54,051 nt of DNA from IMG/VR virus record IMGVR_UViG_3300025137_000052, positions 1 to 54,051 of that record. One strand, 5' to 3'. Position 1 is the stretch's first letter. Every line of letters begins with the position of its first letter. The notes beneath the pieces were generated by a model. That model saw only the letters and a program-made list of their open reading frames with translations, was not told where the DNA came from and ran no database searches. Below, in pieces: positions 1 to 7,652 of this stretch. Source of the stretch: a virus (lineage: Duplodnaviria > Caudoviricetes). Position numbers and translations under genes: made by a program.

Positions 1-309
1 AGCTGTAATTGTCTGAATCATATCCGTTTCACTAGATAAATTATTCCAATGCCATATGTCTGCACCCAATGTAGATGACCACCCATATTGAATTTGGTCC
101 TCTGTTAAATACTCAGATAAACTTACATCTCTTTGTATGCTGTCGCCATGATGTGCTGCAACAATACTGTTGCCATGATTATGTGATGGATCATTACATG
201 TCCATGCATTGTGATTAGAGTTATTGTTAAAAAATTGTTGTGGTAATAAGTTATTAGTAGTTTCTGCAAACAAAGTAATAGGGAACAACAAAGGTATTAT
301 GTATTTCAT
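1..309 (-). CDS. Secreted protein, N-terminal part (runs off the left edge)
   Basis: Not in ORF track. Translated by hand from ATG at 309: MKYIIPLLFPITLFA-ETTNNLLPQQFF..., open to position 1. Signal-peptide-like N-terminus; ATGA overlap with the upstream stop. Confidence 0.7.
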   Translation of the reverse strand, partial: MKYIIPLLFPITLFAETTNNLLPQQFFNNNSNHNAWTCNDPSHNHGNSIVAAHHGDSIQRDVSLSEYLTEDQIQYGWSSTLGADIWHWNNLSSETDMIQTITA

Positions 310-524
310 AACTTCAATACTCCTACAGTTGTTTTAGTTTTGTTTTCGTACCTATCCTTATACCATTGCTCAAACTCAGGTTGTAATCTTATATATTCTA
401 CTATTTGTTTGTCTTCTACCTGACCACTTCTTATGCAGATTGCAACTTCTATAAATTTATTTTCTAATTCTTTACTCATATATCTATCTTGTTCCATAAA
501 TTTATTTTCTAATTCTTTGTTCAT
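306..524 (-). CDS. Hypothetical protein with duplicated N-terminal segment
   Basis: ORF track; MxKELENKF occurs twice; coupled to both neighbours by ATGA overlaps. Confidence 0.6.
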   Translation of the reverse strand: MNKELENKFMEQDRYMSKELENKFIEVAICIRSGQVEDKQIVEYIRLQPEFEQWYKDRYENKTKTTVGVLKL

Positions 525-525
525 A
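451..525. repeat. Direct repeat, 45-nt period (30-nt unit, 23 nt exact)
   Basis: ataaatttattttctaattcttt at 451-473 and 496-518, each followed two bases later by tcata. Confidence 0.85.
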
Positions 526-598
526 ATACATACTCCATGACTGTGTGTAATATCAAAGCCGACAATAAAAATATGTTAAATATATCTAAGTCCATCAT
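521..598 (-). CDS. Small hydrophobic (single-TM) peptide, 25 aa
   Basis: Hand translation MMDLDIFNIFLLSALILHTVMEYVL; fills the gap exactly, with ATGA overlaps on both sides. Confidence 0.5.
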   Translation of the reverse strand: MMDLDIFNIFLLSALILHTVMEYVL

Positions 599-723
599 TC
601 ATATACTGGGGTTGGTACGCTTTGTTCATTACTGCCATATATTTGTATAGGTCTTAACTCTATACTTTTACTTGCACATGAAACAATAAAGCTAGTCATG
701 ATTATGATTACTATGGTCTTCAT
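595..723 (-). CDS. Small lipoprotein (o-spanin-like), 42 aa
   Basis: Hand translation MKTIVIIIMTSFIVS-CASKSIELRPIQIYGSNEQSVPTPVYE: basic start, hydrophobic core, lipobox-like Cys, Pro-containing tail; overlaps the 3' end of the upstream gene. Confidence 0.6.
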   Translation of the reverse strand: MKTIVIIIMTSFIVSCASKSIELRPIQIYGSNEQSVPTPVYE

Positions 724-1384
724 TCATACTCTCTTTGTATTTTCTGTATTGTTCCACTTTGTCATCAGTTTCTTTGCTTGGATTTCTTTTAACATAACTT
801 GTTCTTTTGGTTTGCTCATAGCCACCAAGTTCTTCCCATCTTGCTTTGGCTTTTTCACCAATCAATCCATCTATTGGGCATGGTGTACCCGCATCCATCA
901 TAGCTTGCCACACGTCAACGTCTTGACACATAAGTGATATTGCTGCTACTTTCATGCCTAGTTTAGCTAGAACTGATGTAGATTTTCTTCTTTCGCATTC
1001 TTTATCTACCATATAGCTACCAAATGAGCCTGAGAAGCCGATTACGGTTACTCCTGCTGCGAGTGGTATAACACAGCTATCTTGTCCATAAACGCTCATA
1101 CCAGGGGCTGAGGCCATGTTTACAGGTGTTCGACTTGCCGCATTTGAAGTTGAATTGTTAGTTGTAGCATTCGTAGTAGAACTACTACCAGATTGATAGG
1201 TAGTAGTCGTGTCAGAATTATAACCACCAGTTATCGCAGTCTGACTTCCTGAAGTAGAGGTTTGTGTATTTGTAGTTGCACCAGAACTCGTAACATCAGC
1301 AAGGGCATCAGTAAAGCCATAAGCTAATATCATTCCAAGTAAAAACCAACCAGCTAATTTTATTTTTTTCCACGACATTTCCAT
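692..1384 (-). CDS. Secreted/periplasmic protein with Ser/Thr-rich linker and Cys-containing C-terminal domain
   Basis: Signal peptide (…GFTDALA-DVT), S/T-rich segment, four Cys in the C-terminal half; start may be 1378. Confidence 0.75.
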   Translation of the reverse strand: MEMSWKKIKLAGWFLLGMILAYGFTDALADVTSSGATTNTQTSTSGSQTAITGGYNSDTTTTYQSGSSSTTNATTNNSTSNAASRTPVNMASAPGMSVYGQDSCVIPLAAGVTVIGFSGSFGSYMVDKECERRKSTSVLAKLGMKVAAISLMCQDVDVWQAMMDAGTPCPIDGLIGEKAKARWEELGGYEQTKRTSYVKRNPSKETDDKVEQYRKYKESMNEDHSNHNHD

Positions 1385-1614
1385 TTCCTCAACGCTAACG
1401 CTTTTCTTGTTGGTCTACCTTTTGAATCTTTCATTGGTCCTTTAACACCAGACATTCTTGCACAAAAACTTGCTCGTCTTCCTGCCGCTTTAGAACCTTT
1501 AGGTGCTTTACCAGTTACAGGTGGTTTAAGATTAGATCCATCTTTTCGTTTAAAGTGAGCTCTACCTGCTGCGTTAAGACCTCCAGTTTTACTTTGGTAT
1601 TTCTTAAGGACCAT
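1360..1614 (-). CDS. Small basic phage protein (DUF6321-like)
   Basis: GGLNAAGR…RRASFCARM…ALRKWKC motifs recalled from a widespread phage family. Confidence 0.75.
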   Translation of the reverse strand: MVLKKYQSKTGGLNAAGRAHFKRKDGSNLKPPVTGKAPKGSKAAGRRASFCARMSGVKGPMKDSKGRPTRKALALRKWKCRGKK

Positions 1615-1784
1615 TAGCCTCTAGCCACCTTCTTTGCCTTTGCTGACAAATCTTTAAAATGTACTACGGGTTTAGAACTTGCAGTATGTGTTTTACCTGT
1701 GTGTATTTTACCACCTGGCATTTTATGAACAGCACCTTTAAATTCCTTACCTGTTTTAAAATAATGTTTGGTTCCTGCAGCCAT
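1614..1784 (-). CDS. Small basic Lys/His-rich protein, 56 aa
   Basis: Not in ORF track; MAAGTKHYFKTGKEFKGAVHKMPGGKIHTGKTHTASSKPVVHFKDLSAKAKKVARG; TAATG coupling on both sides. Confidence 0.75.
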   Translation of the reverse strand: MAAGTKHYFKTGKEFKGAVHKMPGGKIHTGKTHTASSKPVVHFKDLSAKAKKVARG

Positions 1785-1957
1785 TATTTTTTCATGCCTT
1801 TGCAGCCGCCTTTAACCATGCCGCCTTTACCATATTTTGTAGAGCTAATTACTTTACCGCCCATGCCGTACATGAACTTCCCGTCTTTATTCTTTTTGCC
1901 GACCATTCCGCCGCTCATAAACATTTTTTTCTTATCCTTCTTCATTCCATATGTCAT
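1784..1957 (-). CDS. Small K/G/M-rich protein with repeated GG motifs, 57 aa
   Basis: Not in ORF track; MTYGMKKDKKKMFMSGGMVGKKNKDGKFMYGMGGKVISSTKYGKGGMVKGGCKGMKK; SD aggag upstream. Confidence 0.75.
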   Translation of the reverse strand: MTYGMKKDKKKMFMSGGMVGKKNKDGKFMYGMGGKVISSTKYGKGGMVKGGCKGMKK

Positions 1958-1967
1958 TATATTTCTC

Positions 1968-2183
1968 CTATAATAATTTTAATATGTCTGTAAACTTATC
2001 TGTAGTTAAAACAAAAATAACAATAACTGTCCAAACTATATATTTAAATTTAAAGACTTCTCGCTTTACATCTCTCAAATCTGCTTCAATATGAGTTAGA
2101 TGATTATGCTTAATATCGTGCACATCTTTTTTGATAAGCTCAACCTCAAGCGTTAATTCATTATTGTCTTTCATATCTTTCAT
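1968..2183 (-). CDS. Small coiled-coil protein with C-terminal TM (XhlA/holin-like)
   Basis: Heptad-like N-terminal half followed by hydrophobic YIVWTVIVIFVL. Confidence 0.6.
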   Translation of the reverse strand: MKDMKDNNELTLEVELIKKDVHDIKHNHLTHIEADLRDVKREVFKFKYIVWTVIVIFVLTTDKFTDILKLL

Positions 2184-2338
2184 TTGCCTTCTGCTTTTCT
2201 AACAGCCTCAGTTTGGTCTATCACTTTAGCTGTTTCTTCTTCTAGCTCAGGCTCTTCTACTACTACACACCCTTCAACCATAGTATTGCTTCTAGCAAAG
2301 GTTCCGTTGGGGTACATAAGTAGTGGTGTTCTTTTCAT
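2180..2338 (-). CDS. Hypothetical acidic protein, 52 aa
   Basis: Not in ORF track; MKRTPLLMYPNGTFARSNTMVEGCVVVEEPELEEETAKVIDQTEAVRKAEGK; SD-like gaggg upstream and ATGA overlap downstream. Confidence 0.6.
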   Translation of the reverse strand: MKRTPLLMYPNGTFARSNTMVEGCVVVEEPELEEETAKVIDQTEAVRKAEGK

Positions 2339-2348
2339 GATTATCCCT

Positions 2349-2636
2349 CTAATATTTTTGTGTTAGTGCTTCGATTTCTGCATCAGTCAATCCCAATGCT
2401 TTTAATTTATTTGTACCATTTGTTTTATCAGTTGCTTTTTGTGTTTCTGCATCTTTAATTTCTTGTATCTTAGCGTTTACATCTGCTTCACTAGGCATTG
2501 TTGCTGAATCATTTGCAAGTTCTAAGTTGGCATATGCCATTCTTTCACTACCTGTATAATCTGTTTTCCATTTATACCACTGACCTTTATCTGTATTAAA
2601 ATAAGCTAATGATAGTTGTAGATAATCTTTTGCCAT
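2349..2636 (-). CDS. Tail-fibre-associated/assembly protein
   Basis: Directly downstream of a tail fibre; PSEADVNAKI…KLKALGLTDAEIEAL pattern typical of fibre-adjacent small proteins. Confidence 0.6.
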   Translation of the reverse strand: MAKDYLQLSLAYFNTDKGQWYKWKTDYTGSERMAYANLELANDSATMPSEADVNAKIQEIKDAETQKATDKTNGTNKLKALGLTDAEIEALTQKY

Positions 2637-3601
2637 TATGTATCCCCTAATCTAATAAAACTGACACAAGTATTATTTGCATTAGTATTGCCTGTTACAT
2701 TACCACCTGACGCTAATGATATGACTTGAAAGTAAACCTTATCATTGCTTGTGTTTGTTACATCAAGAATACATTGTGAAAAATTTGATGTGTTTCCGTC
2801 TGAACCTTGACACTCGGCTAATGTATCACTTGCTGATGATGAGCTGTTAAAATAATTAGTAATCCATATTGCGTTATCACTATCATTTGTAGGTGCAAAT
2901 AAAACCATAGATTGAATTAAATATATACCAGTTTCATTAAATGAAAAATAAGGAGTTGAAAAGTTTACACCATCACCTACTTTAGTTGTTGCAGCATCAT
3001 CTGCTCTTTCAAAAGCACTTACTCCACCTGTATCTGATGTTACATTTGTAGTCAATCTCCATATATCTGCTTGTGTTATTCCACCACCAAAACCATTAGC
3101 TGTACCACTATTTGTAATAGTTGCACCCGAATCTACTGTTAAAGTCGAGCCTGATAAAACATTGAAAGCATTAGCAGCAAATTTAAAGTCATCTGCACCT
3201 GCAATCTTAATATCTATTTGGTCATCTGTGTCAGCAGTAATACTAGTATCACCATCAGCATCTAATACTAACTCAGCACCATTGAGGTCTCGAGCCTCTG
3301 CTTGTATATCTTCAAAAAGTTTAGCTACAGGTCTAAGCTCAAACCTATCACCTGTACTAAATGCTCTAGCTGAAGTATTGTCTTGTGCTCTGACTACAGT
3401 TAAAGAATCAGTAGACCTAGCCGTAACCTTAACAATCTCAAGATTGTTTGAAGTATCTATAAGAGTTGCATAAAATACATCTGGACTTGATGGGTTAGGA
3501 AATCTAGCTCCTTCACCAGAAGCTAATGCAACAGTTGTAGCTGAGTTATTTATACCTGATGCTAATGTACTGAATCCGTTATTTGTAATTTTAACTGTCA
3601 T
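2636..3601 (-). CDS. Tail fibre protein 2
   Basis: N-terminal ~95 aa paralogous to 6092..7189; LDADGDTSITADTDDQID motif; beta-rich C-terminal domain ending FIRLGDT. Confidence 0.8.
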   Translation of the reverse strand: MTVKITNNGFSTLASGINNSATTVALASGEGARFPNPSSPDVFYATLIDTSNNLEIVKVTARSTDSLTVVRAQDNTSARAFSTGDRFELRPVAKLFEDIQAEARDLNGAELVLDADGDTSITADTDDQIDIKIAGADDFKFAANAFNVLSGSTLTVDSGATITNSGTANGFGGGITQADIWRLTTNVTSDTGGVSAFERADDAATTKVGDGVNFSTPYFSFNETGIYLIQSMVLFAPTNDSDNAIWITNYFNSSSSASDTLAECQGSDGNTSNFSQCILDVTNTSNDKVYFQVISLASGGNVTGNTNANNTCVSFIRLGDT

Positions 3602-3610
3602 ATTGTTATT

Positions 3611-4363
3611 CTACCCCTTTAAAAATAATTTTTCTATAAACCATGCAGGTGGGTCTAACTCCCACCATTTATGCCCATGTCTGTAATCTTTTGATTTTGT
3701 GTGATGATAGTTATGCCAACCCTCACCCCAGCTAATCAATGATGTCAGTGGGCTGTTTACTGCTGTGCAGTGTGGCTTAGATTCTACTACTTTATATCCA
3801 AAATGTTTGCTATGTGGTATAACACCAAATGCTCCAGCAGTTATATAAATGCAAGCACATGGAAACGAAAATAAAAATAATCCTAGCATAGGGTTTATTG
3901 TGTACAAAATTAATACATATGTAAACAGTAAAGCCCAATAATTCCTAGTGATGAACATGTAATCTTTGTCTTTGAGTATATCTTTGACCATTACTTTAGG
4001 TACAGTTATATGATCATATAGCGTAAGCCATGCTCTCAGATAACCTATTCTTGCAGGTGATTGGTTGTCATCTGTCGGGTGTCCAGAGTATCTATGATGA
4101 TATCGGTGCTGTGCTGTCCATGATAGTGGACTACCGAATGCTGATATAATTGTAAGGTATTTAAGTATCTTAGCTTTAATAGGCGTAGTTTCAAACGCTC
4201 TATGGCTCATAAATCTATGTATAGCTATATTAGTTGAAAATATATTTACAAATCCCCAGCCTATTATCCCATAGACTATGTACTCAGGATATGTAACACA
4301 CGCCCAGATAGATATTAGTATATTAGTTAACGCTAATAATTGTATCTTGATAGCGTGATTCAT
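3611..4363 (-). CDS. Membrane fatty-acid desaturase (Delta9/SCD-like di-iron family)
   Basis: His boxes HRFMSH, HRYHH and GEGWHNYHH, WWELDP tail, TM segments. ATG at 4363 overlaps the upstream stop; the track start is 4369. Confidence 0.9.
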   Translation of the reverse strand: MNHAIKIQLLALTNILISIWACVTYPEYIVYGIIGWGFVNIFSTNIAIHRFMSHRAFETTPIKAKILKYLTIISAFGSPLSWTAQHRYHHRYSGHPTDDNQSPARIGYLRAWLTLYDHITVPKVMVKDILKDKDYMFITRNYWALLFTYVLILYTINPMLGLFLFSFPCACIYITAGAFGVIPHSKHFGYKVVESKPHCTAVNSPLTSLISWGEGWHNYHHTKSKDYRHGHKWWELDPPAWFIEKLFLKG

Positions 4364-5043
4364 GTCCACCCCAATCTTTTAACTAACCATACACATGGGT
4401 CAAACCAGCAGTGTGTAAGGTTTGGTTTAATGTGGTGTTGTCTATGAAATGATTCAGAAAATGCAAATGGGTACATGTAAGGTACGTCTCTTACTTCATC
4501 TGTATGGCACATAATACCCGTAACTAACATTACCCAGAACGTAGTCATGGCTACCGCAGTAGCCCATGTAAGAAACCATACAGTTGGAAGGACTAAGAAA
4601 AGAATAGCATTCAACATGTAAACCAACATTGTCTCATATTTAGTTAAAAATAATTGCCACCTATTTCTTAGCCTGTCTGTTGCCAGACTTAAATCATAAT
4701 CTTGTTCATGTGTCCTAAATATTATATACAGCCACGAGCTGTGCTTTGGACTATGAGGATCTCTGTCTGTGTCTGAATGCTTATGATGGTTTCTGTGCCA
4801 TGCACTATAAGATATTGGTGTACCTATCATAGCTGTTAGTGATACTACACTCATTATGTTTTGAAACCATACTGGTGGATTCCAGAGATTGTGTGTAGCC
4901 CATCTATGAATAAACAAACTCATAGTAAATTCTAATAAAAAATAAAAGAGTATGTATGTGTATAAGAGTTGTAGCCAAGATAGTGCTACAAAAGAATATA
5001 AAGCTAATCCAAAGTAAATGACATATAAAATAGTAAGTGCCAC
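4360..5043 (-). CDS. Second membrane fatty-acid desaturase-family protein
   Basis: His boxes HRWATH, HRNHHKHSDTDRDPHSP and ESFHRQHH; TM segments; GTG start. Confidence 0.85.
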   Translation of the reverse strand: MALTILYVIYFGLALYSFVALSWLQLLYTYILFYFLLEFTMSLFIHRWATHNLWNPPVWFQNIMSVVSLTAMIGTPISYSAWHRNHHKHSDTDRDPHSPKHSSWLYIIFRTHEQDYDLSLATDRLRNRWQLFLTKYETMLVYMLNAILFLVLPTVWFLTWATAVAMTTFWVMLVTGIMCHTDEVRDVPYMYPFAFSESFHRQHHIKPNLTHCWFDPCVWLVKRLGWT

Positions 5044-5044
5044 A

Positions 5045-5539
5045 TTAGTATTCCCATGTCATTCTTTTCATAACAGTACCAAAATCTTCAGCAGTTAGAG
5101 AGCCTAAACAAATACCATCTGTTGTTGCTTGTGTAAAATAAGTATCTATCTCACTATTTTTTATACATTCTAATGCAAACTTACTGCCACCTATTGATTG
5201 AATCCATGTTTTATTAGCTTGATGAAACTCGCTGGTATATGTCCATGCTTTACTGTTGTTTATTTTACCTACTAATACATTTTGCCATACATAAGTATTA
5301 TCTTTAAACCAACCTTGCACCCACATACACACTTCACCATCTTTAGCTACTTCAACATTTTTCATACCACCATAATTATTGTTGCACATTAGTTCTATAA
5401 GAAAATTTTTCTTATCGTCATCTGTAGTTCGATTAGTAAAATCTACTGTTCCACTTTTTAAAGAATCGAGACTGTCTGCATACAATGAATCAAATGTAGA
5501 GCCTGTTGTGAATGTTTTTTCTGTAAATGTGTATGCCAT
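5045..5539 (-). CDS. Hypothetical protein, possible GNAT-like fold
   Basis: ORF coupled in the operon; strand/helix pattern resembles GNAT (fold call weak). Confidence 0.55.
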   Translation of the reverse strand: MAYTFTEKTFTTGSTFDSLYADSLDSLKSGTVDFTNRTTDDDKKNFLIELMCNNNYGGMKNVEVAKDGEVCMWVQGWFKDNTYVWQNVLVGKINNSKAWTYTSEFHQANKTWIQSIGGSKFALECIKNSEIDTYFTQATTDGICLGSLTAEDFGTVMKRMTWEY

Positions 5540-5547
5540 CGTTTATC

Positions 5548-6108
5548 CTATGCGTTAATTCTAAAAGTTATTGAGCCTGAAGCAGGTATAATTGAGTGAC
5601 CATTTCCGCCTAAAGTTATGGTATATAGTTTATTATTATCTGCTGCTGCCATACTTAATCTAGTAATAGTAGTATTATGAACAGTAAGAGAAGTCCAATT
5701 ATTTGCACCAGTTGACATCTCAAATTTAAATCTACATGCATGTAAAGGTGAATTTGTTTCATACACTGAATAAACAACTCCACCACCACTAATATTATTA
5801 TTAGCTATACTTCCGATTGTACTTGTTGTTCCATTAGCATTATCTTGTGTTGTACCTACAGTACGACCATTGCTACTTATAAATCCACGATTATGTATAT
5901 TAACTTTTAATGTTTGTTCACCACAAGTAATTGTAGTGTTAAGAGAAATATTATTTGATGTTCCATAAAAATCTGCTGCTAGTTGTATCTCACCACTAGC
6001 TGGTGCATTACCTTTGTCGTGATATTCAGATAAACTATGAGGTGCAGAGCCACCAAACTCAGCAGCTATCTCGCTTAGTTTTATTTGACCACTACTTTGT
6101 AAAGCCAT
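5548..6108 (-). CDS. Tail-fibre tip/adhesin-like protein
   Basis: MALQSSGQIKLSEIAAEFGG…SLSEY…PASGEI…DFYG N-terminus, typical of adhesins following S74-chaperoned fibres. Confidence 0.7.
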   Translation of the reverse strand: MALQSSGQIKLSEIAAEFGGSAPHSLSEYHDKGNAPASGEIQLAADFYGTSNNISLNTTITCGEQTLKVNIHNRGFISSNGRTVGTTQDNANGTTSTIGSIANNNISGGGVVYSVYETNSPLHACRFKFEMSTGANNWTSLTVHNTTITRLSMAAADNNKLYTITLGGNGHSIIPASGSITFRINA

Positions 6109-7189
6109 CTTTCAATTCCTTAATTTGTTCTTTTAACTCTTTTATACAGTTAATTAAAAGTCCATGAATTGCGTCATACTCTACTGTTTTATAGGTTTTG
6201 CCGTCTACAAGTGCAAGGGTTTTTTCCCTGACTGCTTCTGGTAAAACCTTTTCTAATTCCTGTGCAATAATACCAGCAGACTTCTGTCCATTGTGTCTTG
6301 TAAATGTAACGCCTCTGACTTCATCAATCTTATCTAGTGCGTTAGGTATCATTTGTATATCAGACTTTAATGCAACATCTGATACTGTAGTTGAGAAAGC
6401 AATAACATCTCCATCTACATGGAGGTCGCCATCATTTTCTAATCTCATTTCTTCAGCGGCACCTGTTGAAAATCTCATAGTGTTATCTGAATGAACATAA
6501 GATATTTGTCCTACATCGCCATCATCGGCGTCTCCTAAATTAATAAAAGCTGTTCCTGAATTTGCAGCTATAAGATTTACCCCACAGTTTCCACTCGTTT
6601 TAGTAACAGTTAAATCTCCTGATACTGTGCCACCATTGGCTGTAGTTTCTATTTTTTTAGCGTTATTGTGATAAAGTTCTACTGCTGCATCTGGAATAGC
6701 TACTATACTTGCCTCACCAGATTTTGCTCTAAGGTTTAAGTTTCCTGTACCGTTTTCTAAAAATGCTCCTGAACCATCATGTTTAATTACAAAATCGGTA
6801 TCGCTTCCAAAGTTTGCTTTATTTCCATCAGCAAAATTTATATCATTACCATTAGTACCTAGGTCTGACCCTAGTGCAGTTATTTGAGTTGAAACATCTA
6901 ATAAAGATTGTGCAGTAATTCTAAGTTCTATTCTGTCGCCAGTAGCAAATGCTCTAGCTGAAGTGCTTTCTTGTGCACGAGTAACAGTTAATACATCAGA
7001 TGATCTTGCAGTACATTTAGCAATCTCTAAATTATTTGATGCGTCTATGAGAGTTACAAAAAAATACTCACTGCCTGTTAAAGATGGGAATAAAGCTCCG
7101 TTCCCAGATGCTACAGTTATACTAGTAGCAGAGTTATTTATACCTGAAGCTAGTGTAGATACTGCGTTATTCGCAAATTTTACTGGCAT
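6092..7189 (-). CDS. Tail fibre protein 1 with C-terminal intramolecular chaperone (peptidase S74)
   Basis: SDVALKSDI cleavage motif, GIIAQELEKVLPEAV and a terminal coiled coil. Confidence 0.9.
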   Translation of the reverse strand: MPVKFANNAVSTLASGINNSATSITVASGNGALFPSLTGSEYFFVTLIDASNNLEIAKCTARSSDVLTVTRAQESTSARAFATGDRIELRITAQSLLDVSTQITALGSDLGTNGNDINFADGNKANFGSDTDFVIKHDGSGAFLENGTGNLNLRAKSGEASIVAIPDAAVELYHNNAKKIETTANGGTVSGDLTVTKTSGNCGVNLIAANSGTAFINLGDADDGDVGQISYVHSDNTMRFSTGAAEEMRLENDGDLHVDGDVIAFSTTVSDVALKSDIQMIPNALDKIDEVRGVTFTRHNGQKSAGIIAQELEKVLPEAVREKTLALVDGKTYKTVEYDAIHGLLINCIKELKEQIKELKDGFTK

Positions 7190-7201
7190 TTATATCTCCT
7201 C

Positions 7202-7639
7202 TTAACTTATAGTTACAGTCCATGTAATACCTAATGTATCGTTTGCACCTTTGTTTATAACAGAGAATACAGTTCTACATAAGAGGGTACCATTTGAACT
7301 AGCATTTAAAAGCCCAGCTTCTGTAATTGCACCTGTGCCTGTGCCAGCACCAAATGAGCCGACATATGCCACAGCATTGTCAGTTACAGTACTAGATGTT
7401 AGAGCTACACGTCCAGCTTCACTGCCTAATGCAGTATTGCCAGCTGCAGCCGCAGTGCTTCCAGTTCCTATTGCCATGTGAGACATAACAGTAGTGTTGT
7501 TTTTTAGTCGGTCAGCAATAAAATTTTTACCTGCTGTTACAACTAAATTAGGTACGATAACCTCGTGTTTTACATTTCCTTGTGGACTAGTAAGGGTAAG
7601 TTTTAACTCACCTTTTACTTCAATTAAATCATTAATCAT
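7202..7639 (-). CDS. Virion structural protein (tail/collar-associated)
   Basis: NLVVTAGKN…MAIGTG…ITEAGL…W motif pattern; located in the structural operon. Confidence 0.7.
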   Translation of the reverse strand: MINDLIEVKGELKLTLTSPQGNVKHEVIVPNLVVTAGKNFIADRLKNNTTVMSHMAIGTGSTAAAAGNTALGSEAGRVALTSSTVTDNAVAYVGSFGAGTGTGAITEAGLLNASSNGTLLCRTVFSVINKGANDTLGITWTVTIS

Positions 7640-7652
7640 TTATCCATCTCCT

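Noticed and set aside
2636-7189. Diversity-generating retroelement or invertase-based fibre switching
   Set aside because: No reverse transcriptase or recombinase gene; the repeats are direct, N-terminal, and their differences are not adenine-specific.
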